This document shows, piece by piece, positions 24,056 through 37,903 of a DNA stretch of 64,000 nucleotides; position 1 is the first letter of the stretch, and each line of letters begins with the position of its first letter. This DNA is from Octopus sinensis (Eukaryota). The notes below the pieces were generated by a model. The model made no database searches and was not told where the DNA came from. It saw only the letters and a list, made by a program, of their open reading frames with translations. The stretch is taken from assembly GCF_006345805.1 (NCBI RefSeq), contig NC_043019.1, forward strand, positions 1,116,001 to 1,180,000. Reading direction: 5' to 3'. The translations under genes were made by a program, and so were the position numbers.

Positions 24056-24968
24056 AACAAGAAAACATTGACAAATATTTCTAGCAAATCAGCTGACTGC
24101 GTAGTTGTGCTCTTGTTGACTTGCCATCTATAATTATAGGGTGGCTGAATAAAGTTGACAAAGTTAGAATCAGAACCTAGATTATATAAGTACGATATTT
24201 TATATTCACCTAAATATTGTTATCGATGTCACCGACCTCATTATCTTCCATGTTGTGGGTTACTTCAGAAGTTGGAACATATAGTTTTATAATTAAAGAC
24301 AGAAAAATGAGTATATTGTAGAATTATAGGCTGAATTGGTGAGCAGCAAGCGAACAGGTTGGGACAAAGTTTTCCTTTATCATAAGTTTGCTCAACCAAT
24401 GTCTAGCTAGGCTCAAACAACAGAAGCTCAATTTTCAACAACAGTGCTATAATACAGATTATATTCAAGCACGGAGCAAAGATTTGCTGGGAAGATATAT
24501 ATTCCAAACTCAGAATATCAGTGACTGTACACTTGTAACTAATTAAATTTGGGGAACATAATACTACAGCTTTTTAATGTCTACAAGAAATGGTAATTCT
24601 AAACAATTACAAACAACAATTCCCTTCTACAATTAGTACAATGATACACGTTTCATAAAAACAGGGATTTTAATTAAATTTACAGAAGTTTTTTCTCCAG
24701 GCGCGATGTTGTCTCCCGGAGTATTTCAGCACAAAGCGTGATGTGAGTTAACTAACTGTTGCAAAACAAAGATGATAGATGTTTACAATGTCAAGAAAAA
24801 GCGCAAACCGTAAATGCCTTTAAATTAATTATTCTTCATCAAATTATAGAACTCCATTATCAAACTCAGCGCCAGGAATGCAGTGAACCAGTAACAAATA
24901 ACATTGTTCATAAATTACAATATAAAACAAGAGCATTCAGAGAGCGTAAACCTCCGGCAGGGCAATTC

Positions 24969-25384
24969 CTATTTCTTTACTACCCACAAGGAGGTAAACA
25001 CAGAGGGGACAAACAAGAACAGACAAACGGATCAAGTCAATTATATCGACCCCAGTGCGTAACTGGTACTTATTTAATCGACCCCGAAAGGATGAGAGGC
25101 AAGGTCGACCTCGGCGGAATTTGAACTCAGAACGTAGCGGCAGACGAAATACCTATTTCTTTTCTACCCACAAGGGGCTAAACACAGAGGGAACAAACAA
25201 GGACAGACAAACGGATTAAGTCGATTACATCGACCCCAGTTCGTAGCTGGTACTTAATTAATCGACCCCGAAAGGATGAAAGGCAAAGTCTACGTCGGCG
25301 GAATTTGAACTCGGAACGTATCGGCAGATGAAATATGGTTACGCATTTCGCCCGGCGTTCTAACGATTCTGCCAGCTCGCCGCC
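24969..25384 (-). mobile_element. SINE A dimer
   Basis: Junction gaaatac|ctatttc at 25152; diverged flanking duplication cctccgg..gggcaat. Confidence 0.9.
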
Positions 25385-25750
25385 TCCGGATGGGGGGGGG
25401 GGCAATACCAACGTACTGCCAACGATTAGCCAGAGATGATTTTTAGAATGGGAATATCTGAAATAAACTCGACTGCTCTCACAAACGAGAATACTAAAAA
25501 TGAACCCGACCGATCTCAAAAGTTAAGTAAAAAAAAAAAAAAAGACAGTAAAATTAATCCAGAATCCGGTACCGGACCGATCCCGAGATCTAATCAGTTC
25601 GTGTCAGTTACGAGGCCATACATTCCTGAAAATTTCATCCGAATCCATCCCATCCAGTGGTTCTTGAGATGTCTTATCCACGGACAAACAAAGGAACAAA
25701 CAAACAAGCACGAGTGAAACAATAGCTCCACCTGCGCAAAGGCTGGCGTA
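25385..25750 (+). mobile_element. Non-autonomous Helentron/HINE-like repeat
   Basis: aatccggtaccggaccgatc...gaaaatttcatccgaatccatcc...acaaacaaac...gaaacaatagctccacc layout typical of such elements. Confidence 0.5.
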
Positions 25751-26129
25751 ATAAATGATATAATTACATAAGGTATAAGTGACATTCCATATTTGGAGTC
25801 ACCTCTCCATCTACTAATTTTTCTACTTCAAAATATACTCGCTTTCTGTTTATAATTTCATTTGATTCGACATTTAATAAATCATCGTAGAAGTATTAAT
25901 AGCCGCATCATGCAATCGAGAAGTCAACTTGTAAATGCCATACCTACATTCAGATCAGGAGTGACTATCTTGTTAAAAAATTTCTTAAGCCATTTTTGTC
26001 CAAACTCCGGTTTCGATAACAAAACAAAAACAAACATGATAAATGATATTTTAACAACGATTGATGGTCATTTGTTCTGTACTCATTTGCTGACACTCGT
26101 TCGTGACCCATGTTACTGAAAACCAGAAA

Positions 26130-26340
26130 ATACCTAAAGCTCCACGAGGCGCCCGCAGGGGCTGGTGGCGATCCCTTCTGTACACTTTCACGACAACTTT
26201 CTCTCACTCTTTCTTCTGTTGGCCTGCTTCGCTTAGCCAGCGGAGTGGCGTCATTTGAAGGCTAAAACAATGCGAAGCGCATTGTGACTAGCGGTGTGTA
26301 GCAATATCTGATGGCCTGGTCGGTCACGTGATCACGTGAT
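26130..26340 (+). mobile_element. SINE family C fragment
   Basis: cctaaagctccacgaggc...actttctctcactc shared with 36363-36730, 41770-42066 and 51999-52300. Confidence 0.8.
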
Positions 26341-26454
26341 ATATATATATAATAACAAAGGGTAAAATTAATTAATTAATAAGTAATCAATAAATTTCAC
26401 CAAGTAGAATTCGGTATGAAAACAGGACCGTTACACGGTAAATTTTAGTAATAG

Positions 26455-26697
26455 TAATAAAAAGGGTTCAGCAAAGAATTGCCTCACCACACACCTAATT
26501 CAGAAACGCGCGTCCATGGACGATCAGATATTGATTGATTTTCGTTACTTTACTCTCTGCCTGTGTGAATAACCTTCAAGTATTCTGGTTTCTCTGGAAG
26601 ACTCTTTTTAAAGTAGAAGAAATGGCTAGGAATTTTGGCTGCTATTTCTGAACTTGGGTGTGTGGTGAGGCAATTCTTTGCTGAACCCTTTTTATTA
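26455..26697. repeat. ~52-bp inverted repeat with ~138-nt spacer
   Basis: taataaaaagggttcagcaaagaattgcctcaccacacacc (26455) and its reverse complement ending 26697. Confidence 0.9.
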
Positions 26698-27696
26698 GTA
26701 TATATATATATATATATATATATAACATGTATTCTTCAAATCTCAATGTGATCATATCGGGTGTCAACAGTAACCAACAAGAATTAACATTATGGACCAG
26801 AAGCCAAGAGAAGGGACTTCTAAACGATCGCAAGATATATTATAATAACAGTCAGATCACCTTGAATTTATTTTATAGAATATTTAAACAAACAGGAAGG
26901 TCATATTGAATAATGCCGATTATGATTCTTGCGTAAATATTATGTAACTGATATTTCAAAAGAATTGAACGGAGTCTCCGTCGGAATTTCGTCTTCGATC
27001 ATTTATTTTCAAGTAAGAGCTCGGTTCAAACCCAAGTTAGTGAGACTGCTATTCCTTTTACGTAATTGCTGTGAGAGATAAAGCATGGTTTGGGATGCAC
27101 TGCAGTCAATTTCTTCAAGTGGATAAACTTGCCTGTACGTTGGCCAAGTTCTTCAATTGTAAACTATCATTAGCATAAATATATTGATGGTCACGTTAAG
27201 TGGATATCGGAGAACAAGTCAATTCGAAATCAACCTTCAGCATATATTTCCACTATTTATTTCAATTCACTATTCCGATTTGCTATCTCTATTTTTTTTT
27301 TCCTGTAAGCAATATTCCAAATTGAATTTACTATGATTAAAAGATTTCGCAATAGTATAGAAAAGAAATGTTTACATATACAGACACACACACACTCGCA
27401 GAACTATACCACATACACACAGCCACTCATATACTTACGTACAAACACACATATAAATAAATACATATAAGTATGTGTATGAATGTATATATACGTATAT
27501 CTGTATGTTTGTGTGTGTGTGTGTGTATAAATATATATGTAGATGCATCGATCATTTACTATCTGTACATCTGTATGTACAAAAATGTATATGTATGTGT
27601 ATATATATATATATATGCATACACACAATACATATAAGCGTCTGCGTGCGTATGCCTGCGTATATATACACACATGCATACACACACATACACACG

Positions 27697-27738
<42 letters not shown>

Positions 27739-27914
27739 TTGCACACACTGTTGTCTATACAGGTAAATAAATAGGAAGATGGGAGGATAGAATGACAGAT
27801 AGGTGGACATATAGATACGTATCACTCTCCTTCCATCAGATAACCTTAATAAGCACACATAGATGCCTATACTTAGAGAGATACATGCATGCTTTCATAT
27901 TCGTATATATATAC

Positions 27915-27981
<67 letters not shown>

Positions 27982-28122
27982 CATAGATATGTATATATAT
28001 GTATATATATAGATAATATGTATATAAATGTATATATATATATATATAATATATATATATACATAGATATAGATATGTATATATACGTATATATATATGT
28101 ATATGTTTAGTATGTGTACATA

Positions 28123-28168
<46 letters not shown>

Positions 28169-28675
28169 TATACACACATATATATATATATATATATATA
28201 ATATATATATATACATATACATATATATGCACGTAGACATGTATGGATACATATATAGCATACATACATTAAACACACGCATACACAAAAGCATATTATG
28301 CGATACACAAAAAGAAAATACTAATCTCAATCATATCCACCAGGAAATAATATCGATTTTGTTTTTACATGAACAAAAGGCCAGATAAATCAAGAAATGA
28401 AATCTATTGCAACGGTCTGCATATCTTACTGGTATTATACGTTCTCTATGACAGTCAAGAACAGACGTTACTGGATCCACCCACGCAGAGGCGTTACTCG
28501 ATTCCCGCCTCCGCGACTCGTTTAAACTTTAAGCTGTGTTCACAAACGCCACCCTTTTGTGATCGTAAACTCTACCGCTCACATTATTTCTGATCATGTT
28601 CGTATACATATATATGTGTGTGTGTGTGTCTGTGTGTGCGTGTCTGTGTCTGTGTCTGTGTATGTATATGCATAT

Positions 28676-28728
<53 letters not shown>

Positions 28729-28733
28729 ATTTT

Positions 28734-29125
28734 ATATATAAAAGTGAAGTTGTGTGTCTGTCTCCTACGATTTAGATTCCTAACTACTCCCACATTTTGC
28801 GATGCAGCTTAACCAAAACCGGGTATCTTATAGTCGTGATTCATATCGAGCCCTTCTAGGTATTAGCGCGCGTCTACGATGAGTCTACGATTTAAAAAAA
28901 AAATTACCATCATTTTTTTCCATTTAATGCATTTTCCTCGCCATTATATAAGGGAAGTAACTCTCTAAAAATGTCTACGATGAGTCAACGATTTAATAAA
29001 AATTTACCATGGTTTTTTTTTACATTTTTTCATGCATCTTTTGCTATTTTTTGGCTATAACTCTCTGAAAATGCTTATATAGTTATTTCCCTTACAGAAC
29101 CGAGCAACGCCGAGCGATACCGCTA

Positions 29126-29126
<1 letters not shown>
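28734..29126 (+). mobile_element. Non-autonomous Helitron-like element
   Basis: 5' tatataaaagtgaagttg; 3' ccgagcaacgccgagcg then CTAG followed by T. Confidence 0.7.
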
Positions 29127-29172
<46 letters not shown>

Positions 29173-29269
29173 CATATATACTCAAATGTGAATGTGGATA
29201 TATGTATTGATGTATGTATGTATGTATGTATGTATGTATGGTGAGCTCTATGTTAAAATTATTTAACAT

Positions 29270-30730
29270 AGAGAATTTATTGGCCCCTGCGTTGCAGTTA
29301 CAACAGTACTGCAACAGTTACAACCGTATATACAGCTACACTTGCTGTAGCAGCAGCAGCAGCAGCAGCAACTACCACAGCAATTACAACGAAGCAAATA
29401 TTTGCTGGAATTAACGCTGGAATCACAAAATACTTCTGGTTCGTTCTCGCCAGACAGCATAGCAAATTCAATTGAGGATTTCAGCTATAATCTATAAGGA
29501 TTATCTTCTCTACATATTTTCATAGATACGAAGAAATCTTGAAAGAAAAGTGTAAAAGTTGGTCCAACGTAAAAAGTACGACTATTTTTAAGAACATTAT
29601 TCCCTGCCGAAGAAACCAGGTGAGAATTGTTTCGATGAAACAATTACTATTTTATCGAAAATTTTCAATGAAAGAAGTTCTCTTTTCAATATTCGCTGGC
29701 AATGTTTAAATTTGGTCAAAAAATTTGAAGAAGTGTTTGTCACATAACCCCTGACATGTTCAATTTTTTAAACTTTTGTTTAAGGTTTACTGCAAGCAAA
29801 GATGCAGACATACATTCCCGAATATTAACAAAATTAGAACAGGCCCAAAATTTTACCCTGCAGGCAGTAGTAGAAGGATGTCAGAGGATTATTAATCAAT
29901 GAATGAGCCAAATAAAATTGAAGAGAAATATTGATTCAAGCGTGTCGACTAGTAACGAATAAGAAAATAGAAAAAATGTCAAGACTGAATATAAAAGTAT
30001 GGGACAATAGGACATAAAAAGTCGCATTGTAGGACATGACCTAAAAAGCGGTGCAATAAAACAAATCACGTAAACGGATTATGGTGACAAAAAATACGGA
30101 CGTGCCTCAAAGAAAATTTGTGAATGTAAAAATTAATAACACAAACGTAAAGTCACTACTGGATACAATCAACGACATCTCAGTAATTAAGACAGATACA
30201 GGGAAAAATTTCGGGAGACCCAAATTAATTGTAACTTCAAAAATTGCCCATAGTGTTTCAGGAAAAAAATATATTTTAAGAGTGAATTGATAAGTAACAT
30301 TACATTGCGTGAAAAAACCTTAAACGCTAAAGTTTTGTGTTAAATAATACCACAAACTTGTTCGGTACTGACTAGAGGGTATTGTTTCGGTAAAAATGTA
30401 AACGGTCTTTCTTTTATCCATTTTAAAGTCGTCAGACAGATTTTAAAAGTATGTAATATTTTTCCTGAAGTTTTGTGCGATGAAATAGGCCTGTGTACCA
30501 AAGCGAAGGCACAGTTTCAAATACAAGACGCGATGCCGACATTTAAACAAAAACGAACGTTACTGTTCGCAGCGTTAAAACATATTGACCTAGTGTTAGC
30601 GAGATTAGAAAAAAATTGGAGTTCTCCAAAAAGTAGGATACTCTGAATGATCATGATCAACTGCATTCGTTAAGTGAAAGAATAATTAAATCAGATTGTG
30701 TGCTGATTTTTCCCACTGGAATTGAACCGT
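29270..30730 (+). pseudogene. Degenerate Ty3/Gypsy gag-protease-RT start remnant
   Basis: LPKKPGENCFDETITILSKIFNERSSLFNIRWQCLNL (gag-like), VKINNTNVKSLLDT (protease-like), FAALKHIDLVLARLEK and IRLCADF (RT start); many stops. Confidence 0.75.
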
Positions 30731-31038
30731 AAAAGCAAGAAGATAGAGGAGACAAATTTTAAAAAGAGGAGATATTTGGAACGATTACGACCACCACTCA
30801 AATGACTAAAAGGTAGACTCACTTATTATTATAAAGTAATATGAGCAATTGACAGTTAATGTTGATAAGCAGTTCACTGTGAGCTTTTGTTATAAGAGCG
30901 TTGAATCTCGTGTAATAACAATAGTAGGGCGTCGTGAATATAATTTCTCCTCTCCTGCTTCGTTACACTGTATATCCAATAAAAGGATATAAAAATATCT
31001 ATTGACATATATATATATATATATATAAATATATTACG

Positions 31039-31069
<31 letters not shown>

Positions 31070-31115
31070 AAGAGCGAATTGGATGGATGGATAAATATAT
31101 ATATATATATATATA

Positions 31116-31159
<44 letters not shown>

Positions 31160-31181
31160 TAGATAGATAGATAGATAGATC

Positions 31182-31214
<33 letters not shown>

Positions 31215-31549
31215 GATAAGATAAGAAGGAGATAATTGGCACTCCGTCGGTTACGACGACTACGATTTCAGTTGGTCTGATTAACAGAATAGTCTGCTCG
31301 GGAAATTTACGTGTAGGTAGCAGACCACTTAACAGAGGCGCGTACACTTAAGGCGGATCCCAGGGAGACTGAGAGTGGCACATAATATGACGAAACTGGT
31401 AACAAAAGGACTAGAGCAACCTGAAATAAAATATCTTGCTCAAGAGCACAATGCCCCGCCAGGAATTGAACTCGTGATATAACGATAGTTACCTGAATAC
31501 TCTAACCATTCAGCCACGTGCCATCACGCACACAGACATATTACATGTA

Positions 31550-31700
31550 TAATAGTTGAAATTTACAGAAAAACAAAAGACGAAGATAGGTGTATAAACA
31601 ACAAACAGGTGTATTAGTTTAACGCTCGGGAAGGTGAGGAAGTCGTTTACGTTTCGAGCCTGCGCTCTTCAACAGAAAGGAACACGAGGAAATAAAGAGA
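31550..31700 (-). mobile_element. PLE pseudo-LTR-like repeat with hammerhead-like motif at 31644-31680
   Basis: Minus strand ccttt CUGUUGA a gagc-gcag-gcuc GAAA cg UA aacg; perfect stem II, palindromic ACGU stem III. Confidence 0.65.
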
Positions 31701-31752
31701 GAGAGAGAGAGAGAGAGGAGAAAGAGAGAGAGAGAGAGAGAGAGAGGGAGAA

Positions 31753-31795
<43 letters not shown>

Positions 31796-32280
31796 TAAAA
31801 AAAAAGAATTTTTCTAGCGCTCAATCATGGTGGCCTCCAGACTGATTTGATTAGTAAAACAGAAATAAAATTTAACCGTTTGAAATGTCTCTGCGTCTCA
31901 GTGTTCCTCCGCCCCCTTGTAGTTGGGAATAGTTTGTGTAAAACACCGAACATTGTCATCTACCGACATATGTTTATCAGAATAACACTTTAGATGCGAT
32001 TAACAACAAAACAGTCGCCTGGGAAATATATGTAACGGGTATAACAGAAGAAAGGAGACAATACACAGTCGCTTTAGAACAGAAGCCAAGACTCCGTAAA
32101 TAATTCATTATACTTTCCTAAATACACTAAATAGCTAGGGTTGAATATAAACTAAGATCAAAGTTCAGGAAGCTTATAGAAAGTGTTAAGATCACAGCTA
32201 CGAAGGTAATCAACGTTGAATTCATAATATCAAATATATTAGATGTGAAGTTTTATAAGTTTCCTTAAAACTGGTTCGTC

Positions 32281-32480
32281 AACATCATCGTCGTCGTCAT
32301 CATCATAATCATCATCATCATCATCATCATCATCTGCATCATCATCGTCGTCGTCATAATCATCATCATCTTCTACTTCATTATCGTCGTCGACGTAGTC
32401 ATCATCATCACCATCCTCATCACCATCATCATCATCGTTACTGTTGACATAGTCGGCTGCGCCATCATCGTCAGCATAAT
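32281..32480. repeat. (CAT/CGT)n trinucleotide tract
   Basis: Direct reading. Confidence 0.95.
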
Positions 32481-32531
32481 ATTATTTATCTTCTTGCTCA
32501 ACAACAATAGCTGGAACTGGAGAAACCAGTA

Positions 32532-32562
<31 letters not shown>

Positions 32563-32599
32563 TAATATAATAATAATATAATAATATAATAATAATAAA

Positions 32600-33143
32600 T
32601 GCCCTGAAACAGTACCAGACAGTGGATCTCGTGGCTCCTGATCTGAACTGATAGGAAATGTTATCATGTACATTGTTTTGTCTTGGTATAAAAGATGGGC
32701 TACAGCAAATATTCTGCTCAATACCACAGATTTGCTTGTCAGTTGTTTGACCTTAACCAGTTGAGCATGTCCCTTAGTGGCTGACGATATGTGCATTTCT
32801 GATCACGAGCAGAAGTAGTGGGGGAGCATCATAGCCATGTGTTGAGAGGGATTCTTTGGGGTTTGAATTATTCATCTCTGGAAACATGAGTGTTTCATTC
32901 AACAATCCTTATTCAGGGACCTTTTGAGCGAGATGGGCTACTCGACCAGAAGAAAATTCTAACTGGGCCCCCACCTACAAGGTCATGTGATGTTTATCTT
33001 GATATGAGATCACCATGTCGCGCACATATGGTTCTGATTTATATGCCTGGTGTATCCTTATTAGACGGGTAGTGATGATGGGTATACGGGACTTCGTATA
33101 TTTTACCCCACTGTCACTTTGATGGCATGCACTGCTATCTGCC
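32600..33143 (-). mobile_element. Interspersed retroposon-like repeat ending in a (TTA)n tail
   Basis: Homologous to 640-780; flanked by (TAA)n at ~32530-32600. Confidence 0.55.
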
Positions 33144-33174
33144 TTAATAATAATGATAATAATATAATAATAAT

Positions 33175-33410
33175 AATAAGAAGAAGAAGAAGAAGAGGAG
33201 GAGGAGGAGGAGGAGGAGAAGACGGAGGAGGAGGAAGAGGGGGAGGGGGAGGTGGAAGAGAAGAAGAAGAAGGAGGAGGAGGAGGAAGATGAGGAGGGGA
33301 GGAAGAGGAAGAGGAAGAAGTGGAGTTGGAAGAGAAAAAGAAGAAGAAGAAGAAGAAGAAGAAGAAGAAGAAGAAGAATAGGAGGAAATGAAGAAGAAAA
33401 AGAAGAACAA
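33175..33410. repeat. (GAA/GGA)n purine tract
   Basis: Direct reading. Confidence 0.97.
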
Positions 33411-33973
33411 GAACAGCAATAATAGCCTAACTAAAGTGAATAACTAATGAATAGTACCTGCGTTTAATTGGCAAAAGGTGACCATCCGCGAATGTAACTC
33501 AGTGGAACAATATTTATTGTTCAAGAATAAACAAAAAAATCATAAATTAGAGAAATATATAATAAAGAGTGAGGAAACTGACAATATTAAATCAGATAAT
33601 AATTCTCAAAATCGATATTAGCACAAAACTAATCAAAACTAACAATTCGATGCAACCAGCAACATAACCAAAATTCAAAGTAGATCATGGGCTTAGTATA
33701 TTTGTATATAGTGAAAAAGTAAATTAGGATATAAACATTTAGGGCTAGCACTTGTGCACTGAGGATATGGGTGCACACCATATTTGAATGCAGACCTCGA
33801 AGTGTCATTTGTAGATGAAGGATTTCTGCAGACGTTTCGAATACTACCACAGCGTTACCTGAGCTACGGTGGACACCTCACCGACGAAGGTGAGAAAACT
33901 GCTATAAACAGGATAAGCATTGTGGAGCCAGATACTTCGAGGCCAGATGTTCCTACTATCCATAATTCTCCTT

Positions 33974-34620
33974 CTTATTTCATTATTCCCCACAAGTGGC
34001 TAAACATAGAAAGGACAAATAAGGACAGAGAGAGAGATTAAATTGATTACATGGACCCCAATGCCTAACTGGTACTTAATTTATCGATCCCGAAGGAGAA
34101 AAGACATAGTCGACCTTGGCGTAATTGAACGTAACGGCAAACGAAATAACTATTTCTTTACTACCCACAAGGGGCTAAACACAGAGGGGACAAACAAGGA
34201 CAGACAAACGGATTAACTCGATTGTATCGACCCCAGTGTGTAACTGGTACTTTATTTATCGATGCCGAAAGGATGAAAGGTAAAGTCGACCTCGGCGGAA
34301 TTTGAACTCAGAACGTAACGGCATACGAAATACGGCTACGCATTTCGCCCGGCGTGCTAACGTTTCTGCCAGCTCGCCGCCTTAAATACCAATTTCTTTA
34401 CTAACCACAAGGGGCTAAACACAGAGAGGACAAACAAGGACAGACATACGGATGAAGTCGACTATATCGACCCCAGTGCGTAACTGGTACTTATTTAATC
34501 GACCCCGAAATGATGAAAGGTAAAGTCGACCTCAGCGGAATTTGAACTCAGAAGTTAACGGCAGACGAAATACCACTAAGCATTTCGCCCGGCGTCTTAA
34601 CGTTTCTGCCAGCTCGCCAC
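33974..34620 (-). mobile_element. SINE A trimer (two full copies plus one head-less unit)
   Basis: 14-bp TSD ccataattctcctt at 33960-33973 and 34620-34633; junctions at 34149 and ~34390. Confidence 0.92.
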
Positions 34621-34752
34621 CATAATTCTCCTTGTTGCACCATTTACATTGTCTCTTTAGCTAAATGTAATGACTGGCTTTTTCAGCAGATTCTGAGAAT
34701 GTTCTGGCAACCTGTTTTCTCTCCTTCGCAGCTAGTCTAATACTTCTGAGTA

Positions 34753-35078
34753 AAAAAGACTCCGTCGGTTACGACGACGAGGGTCCCAGCTGATACGATC
34801 AACGGAACAGCTTGCTCGTGAAATTAACGTGCAAATGGCTGAGCATTCCACAGACACGTGTACCCTTAACGTAGTTCTCGGGGATAATCAGCGTGACACA
34901 GAGAGTGACAAGGCTGACCCTTTGAAATACAAGTACAACTCATTTTTGCCAGCTGAGTGGACTGGAGCAACGTGAAATAAAGTGTCTTGCTCAAGGACAC
35001 AACGCGTCGCCGGGAATCGAACTCACAACCTTACGATCATGAGCCGAATGCCCTAACCACTAAGCCACGCGCCCTCAC
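34753..35078 (-). mobile_element. Full-length tRNA-derived SINE family D
   Basis: A-box tggcttagtgg, B-box gttcgattcc; 14-bp TSD aatacttctgagta at 34739-34752 and 35079-35092. Confidence 0.93.
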
Positions 35079-36362
35079 AATACTTCTGAGTATCGCATGA
35101 ACAATGGCTGATGTCAGTCCCTACCTAAATATCAGGAAACCCACTCTAAATTTGAAATCCTAGCAAAATATGATAACGTAATATTATGCCTAGATATTAA
35201 TTAACCGGAGAGAGGAAATGTTATGTAAAATAGATAGCAAGAAGACTAAAAAGCCATATTGTTATGCATGTTTCAGATGCTGTTCATGGTGAGTGAGACT
35301 TCATAGTTAGTGAATGAGTGCGACCATCGCAAAGTATACTTCAAATATTAAGAAACTGATTAAATCCGCGGTTGGTTTAACACCCTTCTTGCTCCTTGAG
35401 GGTGTTGTCAGAGCAGTTTATTGTGTTGCAAGCTCTCGAGCAAGATCTCCTGTTTGAGAGCAGGTTCCACTAGCATTTCCTCAAGTACGCACAATATTAT
35501 TGAAAAACTTTTCACCCGAGCTGCCCTTCCTTTTGTCAGAATGGCATCACAATACAGAATAATGATCAATCAGAATACAAAACAAAATTAAATTTTCTCT
35601 GTGCTGACATGTAATATAAAATTGGAAACAATAAAACATACCAATTATTCCAAACAACTCAATGCTTTTCATGTAATAATGACATCAAGAAAAAATAATT
35701 TAAATATTGAAACTAAATGTGAATACATTGAAAATGGGATAAAAAAAAAGCGTCAATAAACCTCCTTTTTTTCTAGTAACTTCAATAAAGACAGTGATTT
35801 CGTTTAAGTAGGAATATTCTGAAATGTTTTTTTCAGTGATGTTGCTTTGCTATAACATATTGTTGGCTGGGCGGCATATTTGATTATCTTTCATTCCATT
35901 CTTCATTTTTTTCCTTTATTATCATTTATTATATATTTTTTTTTATATTTGTATTTATCCATTGATTTATAATTCATAGTTTATTTACTGTTTTTTCATT
36001 TCTGGTGTTTTTTTTTGAGGGGGAAAATTTTGTAATATTGAAAGCATTGATTATGACTAAGAGATTCATAGCAGAAATCAGCTATCAAAACTCGTCGACA
36101 TCGTCGTGGTTGCCGTTTGTTGTCGTTGTCGTCATCATCATTATTAGCAGCAGCAGCTACCAACTACTACTTTCAGTTTCACTTTGGTCGGCCTCCAAAA
36201 CGGACACTTAACATATATTCGAAACCTTAATTAATATCCCAAATTCGTCAGGAGTCACGGCAGAACTGTCTTCTGTTAAGGGGCAGGAGCCTGGTGTTTT
36301 GTGGATGCCGACAGCTTATTTCTCACATAATACGGTTATTAGCGTGGTATGTGTGTCTCAGA

Positions 36363-36730
36363 CGTGGAGGTGCAATGGCCCAGTGGTCATAGGATCGCGG
36401 TTTCGATTCCCAGACCGCGCGTTGTGAGTGTTTATTGAGCGAAAACACCTAAAAGCTCCACGAGGCCCCGGCAGGGGATGGTGGCGATCCCTGCTGTACT
36501 CTTTCACCACAACTTTCTCTCACTCTTACTTCTTGTTTCTGTTGTACCTGTATTTCAAGGGGCCGGCCTTGTCACTCTCTGTGTCACGCTGAATATCCCC
36601 GAGAACTACGTTAAGGGTGCACGTATCTGTGGAGTGCTCAGCCACTTACACGTTAATTTCACGTGCAGGCTGTTCCGTTGATTCGGATCAACCGGAACCC
36701 TCATCGTCGTAACCGACGGAGTGCTTCCAC
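36363..36730 (+). mobile_element. SINE with a family C head and a family D-type 3' half
   Basis: 14-bp TSD atgtgtgtctcaga at 36349-36362 and 36731-36744; 3' ccctcatcgtcgtaaccgacggagt shared with 34753-35078. Confidence 0.9.
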
Positions 36731-37499
36731 ATGTGTGTCTCAGAGATTGGCCGACATTTGGCAGTTCTCTTTCAGCTAATTTGTTCGCCAACAAAGCAAA
36801 GCGGGTATAGTTATTGAAATAAAATTTAATATACGTAAGGTCTCAGAAAAGGACATGAATTTTCCATACGTTAAGAATCTTCCTTTACAATATCGTGGTT
36901 TTTGATGAAATCAAACTGCTTGAAATATGAAATAAATGTTCACTGCAATGATTTCTGTTCGACCATAATCTTGCAAATGGTATGTTAGAGAAAGAAACCC
37001 GATGAAAGTCTACAGTATTGATCTTTCATTTTCTTCAGCTAAATGGCCTATGATAGCTTTGTATAACTGCTGGTAAACTACGAGTGGTCGGCCATATATA
37101 TTACAGCTAGTTATATGCAATGTAACGTTATTATGAAAAGCTTCCGTATTTCTTGGTCGACTAATGAAGGTGGTCATAATTTTTAAAGCTAAATATTGGC
37201 CATTTAAACTACTGCAACATAATAGTCTTGTTGGGGAAAAGCTAAAGTTTTCCATGACTATTATAGCTAGGTACAGCTTATGTAAGAATACTATGGTAGA
37301 ATGGCTTTGCTTTTGGCGAACGGACATTGAGATATCATTTTGGGCTAGGTAGACAGTATAAGTGTGCAAGTGCACCACTGCATTATTGTGAAACTTAAAT
37401 ATAATTCATAGAGAATACATACAACACAGAAGCAAAAGTTTAATTGCAAAATGTTTGAACTACTTTTTCCATGAGCAACTCAACCTCCAATGAAATAAT

Positions 37500-37903
37500 C
37501 TTTTCTACTCTAGGCACAAGGCCCGAAGTTTTGGGCGGGGAGAGATTACCAGTCGATTAGATCGAACCCAGTATGCAACTGGTACTTAATTTATCGACCC
37601 CCGAAACAATGAAAGGCAAAGTCGACCTAGGCGGAATTTGAACTCAGAATATAAAGACAGAGGAAATACCTATTTCTTTACTGCCCACAAGGTGATAAAC
37701 ACAGAGGAGACAATCAAGGACGGACATACTTATTAATTCGATTATATCGACCCCAGTGCGTAACTGGTACTTAATTTATCGACCCCGTAAGGATTAAAGG
37801 CAAAGTCGACCTCGGTGGAATTTGAACTCAAAACGTAACGGCAGACGAAATACGGCTACGCATTTCGCCCGGCATGCTAACGTTTCCGCCAGCTCGCCAC
37901 CTT
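37500..37903 (-). mobile_element. SINE A heterodimer (two different tail subfamilies)
   Basis: 16-bp TSD cctccaatgaaataat at 37484-37499 and 37904-37919; junction gaaatac|ctatttc at 37669. Confidence 0.92.

Noticed and set aside
26980-27290. Mariner N-terminal remnant
   Set aside because: Only faint similarity and no terminal repeats found.
29290-29400. PolyQ host gene exon
   Set aside because: It runs into degenerate Gypsy gag sequence with stops.
33784-34041. 85-aa ORF as a host exon
   Set aside because: It reads into a SINE, and the region fits better as the antisense 3' end of a retroelement.
34990-35078. tRNA gene (also SINE heads at ~42000, ~44760, ~52000 and ~54040)
   Set aside because: A/B boxes continue into SINE bodies, several with TSDs; no complete cloverleaf.
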